Positions 28,584-36,460 are shown, numbered from the stretch's first letter. The stretch is 64,000 nucleotides of DNA from Litoreibacter ponti (GCF_003054285.1 NZ_QBKS01000002.1:223207-287206); one strand, 5' to 3'. A program made the numbers and translations. Notes: a model not told the origin generated them from the sequence alone.

Positions 28584-30005
28584 ATGCCTATGGACACGAC
28601 CCGCAAGACCCTCGTCGGCCCCTCCCTGAGACAGCTGCGCCGCGACAATCGCGAAACGCAGGCCCAGATGGCCAAGCGGCTGGGGATAAGTGCGGCCTAT
28701 GTGAACCTGTTGGAAAACAACCAGCGCGCCCTGTCGGTGCAAGTCCTTATGGCCATTACGGAAACCTATGGCGTGGATTGGCGCGACCTGATCGCCGACA
28801 ATGACGCGGCCCGGCTGGCCGATCTGCGCGCGGCGCTGCGCGACCCGGTTTTTGGCCCCGAGATCCCCGACCTGCAGGAGCTGCGCGCCGCGCTTGATCA
28901 CGCGCCCCGGCTGGTGGAGAAGTTCCTGTCCCTGCATCGCTCGCACCGCATGACGATGGACCGGGTGATGGCGCTTGGCAGCGATGAAGGCGCATCCGGG
29001 CTGATCGCGACCTCGCCCGAGACCGCGATCCACGACTACTTCCGCAACCACGGGAATCACTTCGACACGCTGGAACGCCGCGCCGAGGCGATCCGGGGGG
29101 AGATCGGCGGCGGACCCGATGATCTTTACGCCGGGCTGAAAGCGCGGCTGGGCGCGCGGCACGGGGTCGTCGTGCAGATCGGGCGCATCCATGACATAGG
29201 CGCGCGGCTGCGCGACTACGATCAGGCGGCGGGCAAGGTCATCCTGTCGGAAGCGCTCGATCACCCCAACCGGGTCTTTCAACTCTGCCACGTGCTGGCG
29301 CTGCTCGAGGTCTCGGGCGAGATCGACCTGCTGCTCGAAGACGCAGCCATCGCCGACGAGGCGGGCGCGGCGCGCTGCCGGGTGGAGCTGGCCAACTACG
29401 CCGCCGCGGCGATCCTGATGCCTTATATGGAGGTGCTGGAGCTGGCCGAAAGCACGCGCTACGACCTCGACCGGATCGCCGCGGGCTTCGGCGTGAGCTT
29501 CGAGCAGGTCTGCCACCGGCTGACCACCTTGCAGCGCGATGGCGCGCGCGGTGTGCCGTTCTTCTTCCTGCGCACCGACAAGGCGGGCAATGTCACCAAG
29601 CGGTTCAACTCGACCTCCTTCACCCTCGCCGAGCAGGGCGGCGCCTGCCCGGTCTGGAACATCCACGGGGCCTTCCGGACACCCGGGGTGATCCTGCCGC
29701 AATTCGTCGAGTTGCCCGAGGGCGGGCAGTTCTTCACCCTCTCGCGCACCTCCGACCGCCCGGTCTTTTCGCGCGCCACGCAGGACCGGCGGCTGGTGGT
29801 CACGCTGGGCTGCGAACGCACCCACGCAGAACGGATCGGCTATGCGGCGCCCTTCAACATAAGCGAGCGCGACCTGTTCGACCCCATCGGGATCAACTGC
29901 CATCTGTGCCCGCGCCAGGCCTGCTCCCAGCGCGCCCACCGCCCGCTTCATGTCAATCTTCCGCTCGATGCCAACCGGCGCGGATCGACCCGCTACGAGA
30001 GCTGA
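28584..30005 (+). CDS. short-chain fatty acyl-CoA regulator (ScfR / RamB / PccR-type; XRE HTH + C-terminal effector domain)
   Basis: N-terminal XRE HTH (LRQLRRDNRETQAQMAKRLGISAAYVNLLENNQR) followed by a roughly 400-aa domain, as in RamB/PccR regulators. 473 aa. Confidence 0.7.
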   Translation: MPMDTTRKTLVGPSLRQLRRDNRETQAQMAKRLGISAAYVNLLENNQRALSVQVLMAITETYGVDWRDLIADNDAARLADLRAALRDPVFGPEIPDLQELRAALDHAPRLVEKFLSLHRSHRMTMDRVMALGSDEGASGLIATSPETAIHDYFRNHGNHFDTLERRAEAIRGEIGGGPDDLYAGLKARLGARHGVVVQIGRIHDIGARLRDYDQAAGKVILSEALDHPNRVFQLCHVLALLEVSGEIDLLLEDAAIADEAGAARCRVELANYAAAAILMPYMEVLELAESTRYDLDRIAAGFGVSFEQVCHRLTTLQRDGARGVPFFFLRTDKAGNVTKRFNSTSFTLAEQGGACPVWNIHGAFRTPGVILPQFVELPEGGQFFTLSRTSDRPVFSRATQDRRLVVTLGCERTHAERIGYAAPFNISERDLFDPIGINCHLCPRQACSQRAHRPLHVNLPLDANRRGSTRYES

Positions 30006-30154
30006 ACCCATTAAAATTGTACGATAATTCGCAACGCTCTGTTTCCAAAGCGGAGACTTGATGCCCCAGAATCGCCCCAATGTTCGGTCATTAACCTTTG
30101 CATATTATTGGGCGATCCCCCCGCTCAGAGCTGTAACACGTAAGGAGCATTCTT

Positions 30155-30580
30155 ATGCGTAAATTTGCGATCATGACCGCTTGTGCGGTTGCCATGACTT
30201 CCGGCGCCGCTTTGGCCGTCGACACTGAAGACGAAGAACTCAATGGCATCGGCGATCCGCTGACCACGTCCCGGATCGACATCCGCGGCGGCGTGTTCTT
30301 CCCGCCCATGGTGATGGCGGAAGTCGGCAAGACCTACTTCATCCGCAACAACGAAGAGATCGTGCACAATGCGACCGCCATCGATGGCAGCTGGTCCACC
30401 GGCGACATCCAGCCCGGCGGCCAGGCGGTTGTGCATCTGACGGCCAGCATGACGCGCTGCTTCGAGTCCACCGTGAACCCGGAATACAAGGGCGCCTTCG
30501 GCGATGCCCTGTCCGGCGAAGCGCCTGAGTGCTTCGAGCTGTCCGGCGCAGGCGAGACCGACGCGGCCAACAACCAGTAA
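30155..30580 (+). CDS. small secreted protein, cupredoxin-like fold suspected (no complete Cu site)
   Basis: Signal peptide MRKFAIMTACAVAMTSGAALA. GKTYFIRNNEEIVHN resembles pseudoazurin / plastocyanin strand-turn-HN, but the C-terminal Cys is not followed by His/Met ligands. Confidence 0.55.
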   Translation: MRKFAIMTACAVAMTSGAALAVDTEDEELNGIGDPLTTSRIDIRGGVFFPPMVMAEVGKTYFIRNNEEIVHNATAIDGSWSTGDIQPGGQAVVHLTASMTRCFESTVNPEYKGAFGDALSGEAPECFELSGAGETDAANNQ

Positions 30581-30606
30581 GCCATTCCGCTTGACTGACT
30601 GCGACA

Positions 30607-30634
30607 GGCCCTGCCGGATCCGGCGGGGCCTTTT
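30607..30634 (+). terminator. rho-independent terminator
   Basis: ggccctgccgg atc cggcggggcc followed by tttt. Confidence 0.55.
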
Positions 30635-30646
30635 GCTGTGGGATTG

Positions 30647-31324
30647 CTACACCTCGATCGGCGTGATCAGCTCCGGCCCCGCGGCCCGGTTCGAATTTAC
30701 CGCTGTGCCGACGCGGTGAAACGCCAGCCGGTCCTCAGGGGCGTGGGTCATCAGCTTCGCCGCCCCCTTACCCGCCTCCCCCAGCCAGAGCGGCCAGTCT
30801 TGCGGCGCGAGCGTCACGGGCTCACGGTGATGGATCGCCTGCATCTTGGGCGAGGCCTCCGTCGTGACAATGGCGCAGGTCACATGCTCGACCTCCGCGC
30901 CTTTCTCCTGCCCCTTCCAATGCTGATAGATGCCCGCGAAGGCGAGCGTGCCGCCGTCATCGGGGTGGATGTACCACGGCAAGCGGTTGCCATCCGCATC
31001 CTTGGTCCATTCGTAAAAGCCCGTCGCCGGGATCAGGCAGCGCTGGTGGCGCACGGCGGCGCGGAAAGCGGGCTTCTCGGCCACCGTCTCGCCCCGCGCG
31101 TTGATCAGGAGCGGGCCGTCACCGGGCGTCTTGTACCAATACGGGATGAAGCCCCAGCGCAGCGACACGATCCGCCGATGCCCCTGCTCCGAGGTCACGG
31201 CGCAGACCTGATTGGTCGGGCAGATGTTGTAATTGGGCAGGTTCGGCAGATCATTGCCCGGCGCCGCATCAAACAGCGCCGCCATCGCTTCCGCCGGGGT
31301 GGTCATGGAAAATCGTCCGCACAT
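30647..31324 (-). CDS. SOS-response-associated peptidase (SRAP / YedK-like abasic-site processing protein)
   Basis: Trimmed to MCGRFS start (catalytic Cys2) at 31324. 225 aa with the characteristic WKxAxxxRRCLIPA-like core. Confidence 0.8.
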   Translation of the reverse strand: MCGRFSMTTPAEAMAALFDAAPGNDLPNLPNYNICPTNQVCAVTSEQGHRRIVSLRWGFIPYWYKTPGDGPLLINARGETVAEKPAFRAAVRHQRCLIPATGFYEWTKDADGNRLPWYIHPDDGGTLAFAGIYQHWKGQEKGAEVEHVTCAIVTTEASPKMQAIHHREPVTLAPQDWPLWLGEAGKGAAKLMTHAPEDRLAFHRVGTAVNSNRAAGPELITPIEV

Positions 31325-31435
31325 GGGGGCAAAGATTAGGGCCCCTCGCCCGGCTGCGCCAGTTCGAACCGCCCCGGCGACGCCGAGTACGCAAAGGTAG
31401 ACCGCCCGAGGTCTCCCCCCGGGCGGTCCCATCTT

Positions 31436-32566
31436 TCAGTCGCGGAGCCGGACGATGTCGTTCATCAGCCCATCCGTCCCGCTGTGCACGGTCAGGCGCT
31501 CCACTTTGCCCGCGATGGCTTCCAGAGCTTCCAGCTCTTTCAGCCGCAGCATCACGGGGTTCTCGGCCATCACCTTGGCGGTGTTCAGAAGCGAACGGGT
31601 TGCGTTCGTTTCTTCCCGACGCCGGATGACGTTGGCCTCGGCCGCTTTCTCGGCAGCGACAACACCCGTCAGGATGTCACGCATCTCGCCGGGCAGGATC
31701 ACGTCTTTCAACGTGATGGCCCCCACCTCGACCCCGAGCTCGGCCATCTCGGCGCGGACCGCATCTGCGGCCTCGGCATCGACGGCCAGTTTGTCGGCGA
31801 GCAACGCATCCAGGGTCAGCGCCCCCAGCGTTTTGCGGAAGGCGAGGCCCAGGGCACGGTGCAGCGCGTCCTCGAAGTCGCGGACGGCGGTGACCGCCCG
31901 GACGGGGTCGACCACCCGGAAGTCAGCGGCAAGGTTCACCCGCAGCGACACCCGGTCCCGGGTCAGGATTTCGTGGCCGGTCACGTCATGGGCCCGCCAG
32001 CGCAGATCCACCCGCTTGACCACGATGGTCCGGCCAGCGGTCCAGAACCGGTGCACGCCCGCCTCCAGCACCTCGGCCAAGGCCCCGTCGACGAACATCA
32101 GCGCGACATCCGCCTCAGCCACCTCGACCACGGTCATGGCGTGGGTCATGCGTGCCCGGGTCAGCCGATCGCCCAAGGCCCGGTCCACGGCGAACCCGTC
32201 AGACAGGTCCACCCGCGTCACGGCCCAGGGCCCCGCATCGGTCCAGAGCAGGCGCCGGGTCTCGGGCGCGAGCACCTCGAAGAGCCGCCCGTCCCGCTCG
32301 ATCACCGCGATCTCGCCCGCATCGGTCCGCATCTCGGTGAGATGCGCCCACGCCAGCTCCGCGTGCCCCCGCATCAAAGCCTCCGCCAGAGGAGAGGTGA
32401 AGACGGGGTCGCCCAGATCGTGCCGCTCCAGCACGTCGCGCGCCCAGATGCGGTGCTCGCCCGCGCCCAGGATCGCATGGATCCGACCTTTGCGCAGCAC
32501 GATGGCCCGCTCGGTCTCGGACACGGTCACTTTCCGCATCCCGGTCAAAATATTCAGCAACCACAT
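31436..32566 (-). CDS. SPFH / band-7 domain protein
   Basis: Trimmed to MWLLNILTGMRKV at 32566 (AAAGGAGA ribosome-binding site 7 nt upstream). SPFH core followed by long Ala/Glu-rich helical region. Confidence 0.8.
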   Translation of the reverse strand: MWLLNILTGMRKVTVSETERAIVLRKGRIHAILGAGEHRIWARDVLERHDLGDPVFTSPLAEALMRGHAELAWAHLTEMRTDAGEIAVIERDGRLFEVLAPETRRLLWTDAGPWAVTRVDLSDGFAVDRALGDRLTRARMTHAMTVVEVAEADVALMFVDGALAEVLEAGVHRFWTAGRTIVVKRVDLRWRAHDVTGHEILTRDRVSLRVNLAADFRVVDPVRAVTAVRDFEDALHRALGLAFRKTLGALTLDALLADKLAVDAEAADAVRAEMAELGVEVGAITLKDVILPGEMRDILTGVVAAEKAAEANVIRRREETNATRSLLNTAKVMAENPVMLRLKELEALEAIAGKVERLTVHSGTDGLMNDIVRLRD

Positions 32567-32923
32567 TGTCTTATCTCCTTTTCTGTCGGTGCTTGTCGTC
32601 GTCGCAAGGGCGACCTCCTTGGGGTTGGGGGGCCATGGATGGCCCGGTTGAAAACGCGTGTGGGTGGAGACCCAGAGCGCACGCCCTGTCCTGCCCGGCG
32701 CGGACCCTTGAAGAGCGGCGTGGCGCACCCCCCCCCGCGGGGCGGTGCGCGATCGAAACCCCGCACCCCCGGCCGGGGTGGCGCCACATCGCGGCCCCAA
32801 GGGCCGGCCCCGGACGGGGCGGTTGGCATGTCACTCGCGCAGGAGCGCACGCGCCCCCGGTCCAGAACGCGCCGCGCGCGGGCGGGCCCTGGGCCTCCGT
32901 TGAGATGGTTGAAACCGTGTTAA

Positions 32924-32963
32924 TGACGGCGGGGAGTCGAACCCCAGGCATCCCTGCCTGACC
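32924..32963 (-). other. orphan tRNA 3'-half-like fragment (extra-arm + T-arm + acceptor 3' strand)
   Basis: Minus strand reads GGCAGGGATGCC (stem-loop) then TGGGG TTCGACT CCCCG then CCGTCA. Sits immediately 3' of the tRNA-like element. Confidence 0.3.
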
Positions 32964-32965
32964 CA

Positions 32966-33036
32966 TTGTGATGGCAGGAGTCGAACCTGCTCCTTTGGAT
33001 TAATCGTCCAATGCTTTACCGATCAGCTACATCAAA
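32966..33036 (-). tRNA. tRNA-like element, possibly degenerate (atypical anticodon loop CGATTAA, weak D-stem, no encoded CCA)
   Basis: Minus strand has a 6/7-bp acceptor stem (TTTGATG / CATCACA), a perfect T-arm GCAGG-TTCGACT-CCTGC and anticodon stem TTGGA / TCCAA. However position 33 is G and the D-stem has only 3 bp. Confidence 0.35.
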
Positions 33037-33327
33037 TACGTTCCAAAAACGTACCCCTTCAGCCTGTGCGCCCTTGGCATACATACGCGGCAGCGCCGCG
33101 ATGTACCGGGGCAGTTGATCACCTGCCACCGCTATGGTGCGCCCTTGCATTCGGGAGGTGCGGTGTAGCCGCAGGGGGTGATTCCGATCTACCGGAGAAA
33201 ATTCGGGGGGATTGGGCCTGTGGCGCGGGCGCAACAAAATTGCGCACTTGGGTAATATTTGAAAAGGCTGTGGCGAATTGAACGGCCATTCACTGATTGC
33301 CAAAGCGATTTGACCTTGCGGAAAGTT

Positions 33328-33819
33328 TCACACCAGCCGGTCGCCCATCAGGTCCTCGACGAACAGGCTGAGCAGCTGCGCCCGCCCGCTAACCCCGGCC
33401 TTGCGGTAAATGGCGTTGGTCTGCGCCTTCACGGTGCCCTCGCTGGTCTCGCGCAGGGTGGCGATTTCCTGCAGCGACAGCCCCTTGATCGAAAACAGCG
33501 CCACATCACGTTCGGCGGGGGTCAGGGCCCATTCCTCGAACCGCTCATTGAGCAGCTCGGCAAAGGCGCCTGAGGCCAGCCGCAGCTGGCCTTCGACGTG
33601 ATCTGCACGGGCGCGGATGGCGCGCAGGGCGACTGCCCCCATGACCACGCCCAGGATCAGCCCGACCGAGGCGCCGATCTCGATCAGCTCGCGCAGCTGC
33701 CAGTTGATCGGGTTGACGGACAGCCCCAGGACGGAAATTGCGATCTCCGAGACGAAGAAGATCGCACAAAACAACTGCAGCGCCAGAATGGCAAAGAACG
33801 CCGCCCGCGATTTCAGCAT
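33328..33819 (-). CDS. membrane-anchored LuxR-family (HTH LuxR-type) transcriptional regulator
   Basis: 163 aa with two N-terminal TM helices (AAFFAILALQLFCAIFFV and IGASVGLILGVVMGAVAL) and a C-terminal LuxR HTH (LTPAERDVALFSIKGLSLQEIATL...TVKAQTNAIYRKAG). Start lies 6 nt after the upstream stop. Confidence 0.7.
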   Translation of the reverse strand: MLKSRAAFFAILALQLFCAIFFVSEIAISVLGLSVNPINWQLRELIEIGASVGLILGVVMGAVALRAIRARADHVEGQLRLASGAFAELLNERFEEWALTPAERDVALFSIKGLSLQEIATLRETSEGTVKAQTNAIYRKAGVSGRAQLLSLFVEDLMGDRLV

Positions 33820-33825
33820 GGGGGC

Positions 33826-34302
33826 TTAGTCGTCATCGTCGTCATCCCCGCCGCCGCCGCTGCCGCTGTTACCACTCCCGCTATTTCCGCTGCCGCTGTT
33901 GTCGTCATCATCATCGTCGTCGTCGTCGTCATCATCATCGTCGTCGTCATCGTCGTCATCGTCGTCATCATCGTCGGAGCTTCCACGCCCGGAGTTGCCG
34001 CTCGATCCACCAAGAAGCTCGGGGCCGGACGCCCCATTGCCGAGCCGCTGCGTGAAATCGCGCAAGATGACGCCGGTCGATGGGTTAACGACGATTTCAC
34101 GGCTGAGATCACCGCGCTGCGCCGTGATCCGCACGCGGCCCAGCAGCGTGCGCGCGCTAGAGGTCACCTTGAAGCCCTGACGGGCGAGCTGGCGCTCCAC
34201 CGAGGCTTCAACGCTCTGTGCTACCGCCAGCCCTGGCAAAGCTGTGGCCAGCGCGAGACTGGCCAGTCCAAGTGCGACGCGGCGTCGGGTTACTCGTGTC
34301 AT
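33826..34302 (-). CDS. secreted PepSY-domain protein with poly-aspartate tail (D26, then (NSGSG)x3, GGGG, D6)
   Basis: Start MTRVTRRRVALGLASLALATALPGLAVAQS (signal peptide, RRR n-region) with GAGGA ribosome-binding site. A PepSY-like core of about 60 aa is followed by an uninterrupted run of 26 Asp. Confidence 0.7.
   Translation of the reverse strand: MTRVTRRRVALGLASLALATALPGLAVAQSVEASVERQLARQGFKVTSSARTLLGRVRITAQRGDLSREIVVNPSTGVILRDFTQRLGNGASGPELLGGSSGNSGRGSSDDDDDDDDDDDDDDDDDDDDDDDDDNSGSGNSGSGNSGSGGGGDDDDDD
33901..33978. repeat. (GAC/GAT)n triplet simple-sequence repeat, 78 bp, encoding poly-Asp
   Basis: gtcgtcatcatcatcgtcgtcgtc... read directly. Confidence 0.9.
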
Positions 34303-34317
34303 CGGGTCCTCACGTGA

Positions 34318-34344
34318 CCTCTTGCCCGGCACGCGGGCAAGAGG
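34318..34344 (-). promoter_or_regulatory. perfect 11-bp-stem hairpin between the two PepSY / poly-Asp genes (intercistronic attenuator or processing site)
   Basis: cctcttgcccg gcacg cgggcaagagg with no U-tract. Confidence 0.4.
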
Positions 34345-34362
34345 TGTTGGTGTGTACAGCGA

Positions 34363-34851
34363 TCAGTCGTCATCCTCGTCGTCGTCGTCGTCGTCATCAT
34401 CGTCATCGTCATCGTCGCTGTCATCATCGTCATCATCATCGTCGTCGTCATCGTCGTCGCTGTCGTTGTCATCATCGTCGCGATCGTCATTGTCATCATC
34501 GTCATCGTCACGATCGTCACGATCGTCGTCATCATCGTCGTCGTCCTCATCATCGTCGAGGAAATTCTCGTTGCGCGCCTGGATCTCGACGCCCGCGCGC
34601 CCGATCTCGTCGGCCTCGGCCCGTTCCTGTTCCTGCTTCAGGATCTGCCCGGTGGCATTGTCGTAGATCAGTTCCAGCTTTTGCGCGCCGTTGATGGCCT
34701 CGACCTTGGTTTGGCTCGGGCCGTTCTTGATCTCGATGAATCCAAAGCCGCGCGATTGCAGGGTCTCGACGATCTGCTCGTTCATCGTCGCCGCCATCGC
34801 AGCGCCAGTGAGGGAGGTGGATGCCAGCAGGGCAAGGGTGATGCGTTTCAT
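34363..34851 (-). CDS. secreted PepSY-domain protein with roughly 70-residue poly-aspartate tail
   Basis: Signal peptide MKRITLALLASTSLTGAAMAA, AAAGGAGA ribosome-binding site. A PepSY-like core (IVETLQSRGFGFIEIKNG...KLELIYDNATGQILK) is followed by a tail that is almost entirely D with sparse R/N/S/E. Confidence 0.75.
   Translation of the reverse strand: MKRITLALLASTSLTGAAMAATMNEQIVETLQSRGFGFIEIKNGPSQTKVEAINGAQKLELIYDNATGQILKQEQERAEADEIGRAGVEIQARNENFLDDDEDDDDDDDDRDDRDDDDDDNDDRDDDDNDSDDDDDDDDDDDDDSDDDDDDDDDDDDDEDDD
34366..34558. repeat. (GAC/GAT)n-rich triplet repeat tract of about 190 bp encoding the poly-Asp tail
   Basis: gtcgtcgtcgtcatcatcgtcatcgtc... read directly. Confidence 0.9.
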
Positions 34852-35015
34852 GATCAGGTCTCCTTTCGATCCGCTCGAACCGCAGGGTGCGGTCGATGCG
34901 GTGAAGGATCGGGGGCCCGCGCGCCGATGCCCATGAGCTAAAGGTTTAGGCGCGCTCGCGTAAACCGGGGCAAGATAGGAATAAACCCCAGTTTATGGGG
35001 GTGTCAGGGTCCAGA

Positions 35016-35048
35016 CGAAAAAAGAGCGCCGATCCGGCGCTCTTTTGA
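35016..35048 (-). terminator. rho-independent terminator downstream of trpB (bidirectional shape)
   Basis: aaaaaagagcgccg atc cggcgctctttt. Confidence 0.6.
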
Positions 35049-35073
35049 CGTGTGGTCCTGTCTTGGAACGTGA

Positions 35074-36306
35074 CTAGGCGAACTCGCCCATCTCGAAATC
35101 GAGCGCGCGCGCCACGGTGAAGATGTCCTTGTCGCCGCGGCCGCACATGTTCATGCAGATGATGTGATCTTCCGGCAGCTCCGGCGCAATCTTCATCACA
35201 TGGGCCAGCGCATGGGACGGCTCGAGCGCGGGGATAATCCCTTCGAGCTTGCAGCACAGCTGGAACGCCTCCAGCGCCTCGACATCGGTGATGGCCACGT
35301 ATTTGGCCCGCCCAATCTCGTGCAGCCAGCTGTGCTCCGGCCCGATGCCGGGATAGTCGAGCCCGGCGGAAATCGAGAAGCCCTCGAGGATCTGGCCGTA
35401 ATCGTCCTGCAGAAGGTAGGTGCGGTTCCCGTGGAGCACGCCGGGACGCCCGCCGGTGAGCGAGGCGCAATGCTCCATCTTGGCGTTGACTCCCTTGCCG
35501 CCCGCCTCGACCCCGATGATGTTGACCTCCTTGTCGTCGAGGAACGGGAAGAACAGCCCCATCGCGTTGGAGCCGCCGCCGATAGCCGCTATGATCGTGT
35601 CGGGCAGGCGGCCCTCGGCCTCTTGCATCTGTTCTTTCGTCTCTTTGCCGATGATGGCCTGGAAATCGCGGACCATGGCCGGGTACGGATGCGGGCCCGC
35701 GACCGTGCCGATGCAGTAGAACGTGTCGCGCACATTGGTAACCCAGTCGCGCAGGGCGTCGTTCATTGCGTCCTTGAGCGTGCCACGGCCCGACGTGACG
35801 GGCACCACTTCCGCGCCCAGCAGGCGCATGCGGAAGACGTTGGGGGCCTGACGCTCCACGTCATGGGCGCCCATGTAGACGACGCATTTCAGCCCGAACT
35901 TGGCGCAGACAGTGGCAGTGGCCACGCCGTGCTGGCCCGCACCAGTTTCCGCGATGATACGGGTCTTGCCCATGCGGCGCGCAAGGATGATCTGGCCCAG
36001 CACATTGTTGATCTTGTGCGCGCCGGTGTGGTTCAGCTCGTCGCGCTTCATGTAAATCTTCGCGCCACCCAGATGCTCGGTCAGACGCTCGGCGTGATAA
36101 AGCGGGCTGGGGCGGCCGACATAGTGCTTCCAGAGGAAATCCATCTCGTCCCAAAAGCTCTGGTCGGTCTTGGCGTGCTCGTACTGAGCCTCGAGCTCGA
36201 GGATCAGCGGCATCAGGGTCTCGGACACGAACCGCCCACCGAAATCGCCAAACCGGCCATTCTCGTCCGGGCCGGTCATGAAGGAATTCAGAAGATCGTC
36301 AGGCAT
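35074..36306 (-). CDS. trpB: tryptophan synthase beta chain
   Basis: [12 protein letters not shown]-lysine motif and GGGSNA. 410 aa from ATG at 36306. Confidence 0.95.
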   Translation of the reverse strand: MPDDLLNSFMTGPDENGRFGDFGGRFVSETLMPLILELEAQYEHAKTDQSFWDEMDFLWKHYVGRPSPLYHAERLTEHLGGAKIYMKRDELNHTGAHKINNVLGQIILARRMGKTRIIAETGAGQHGVATATVCAKFGLKCVVYMGAHDVERQAPNVFRMRLLGAEVVPVTSGRGTLKDAMNDALRDWVTNVRDTFYCIGTVAGPHPYPAMVRDFQAIIGKETKEQMQEAEGRLPDTIIAAIGGGSNAMGLFFPFLDDKEVNIIGVEAGGKGVNAKMEHCASLTGGRPGVLHGNRTYLLQDDYGQILEGFSISAGLDYPGIGPEHSWLHEIGRAKYVAITDVEALEAFQLCCKLEGIIPALEPSHALAHVMKIAPELPEDHIICMNMCGRGDKDIFTVARALDFEMGEFA

Positions 36307-36460
36307 AGTGGTGCTCCCTTGGCGTGCGAGGGAGAGGAATATCAACGTGCTGCGCGTGGGACAAGCGAAAGGCGGATTGATCCGCCTTTATGACGCAGCC
36401 GCGCGGCAGCGTTGAAAGCCGCGTCGACGCGGCTTTTTCAAAGGGCCTTCGAAGGCCCTT

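Noticed and set aside
32567-32800. N-terminal 78-aa extension of the SPFH ORF (track 31436..32800).
   Set aside because: Gly/Pro/Arg-rich translation of the GC-rich leader with no ribosome-binding site. A strong AAAGGAGA site precedes the internal ATG at 32566.
32567-32925. Possibility that the tandem T-arm elements belong to a permuted two-piece alphaproteobacterial tmRNA (ssrA).
   Set aside because: No ANDN...ALAA tag reading frame or resume codon context was found in the downstream 350 bp on the same strand.
33901-34558. Short periodic repeats as a possible CRISPR array.
   Set aside because: Period is 3 bp and coding, with no spacer / repeat architecture and no cas genes.
33738-34694. 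Track ORFs encoding poly-Ser, Arg/His-rich and Met/Thr-rich proteins (33738..34055+, 33899..34180+, 34218..34694+, 34244..34666+, 33813..34112-, 34299..34553-).
   Set aside because: They are alternative-frame or antisense readings of the (GAC/GAT)n triplet repeat that encodes the poly-Asp tails. They have no start or ribosome-binding-site context and are pure repeat artefacts.
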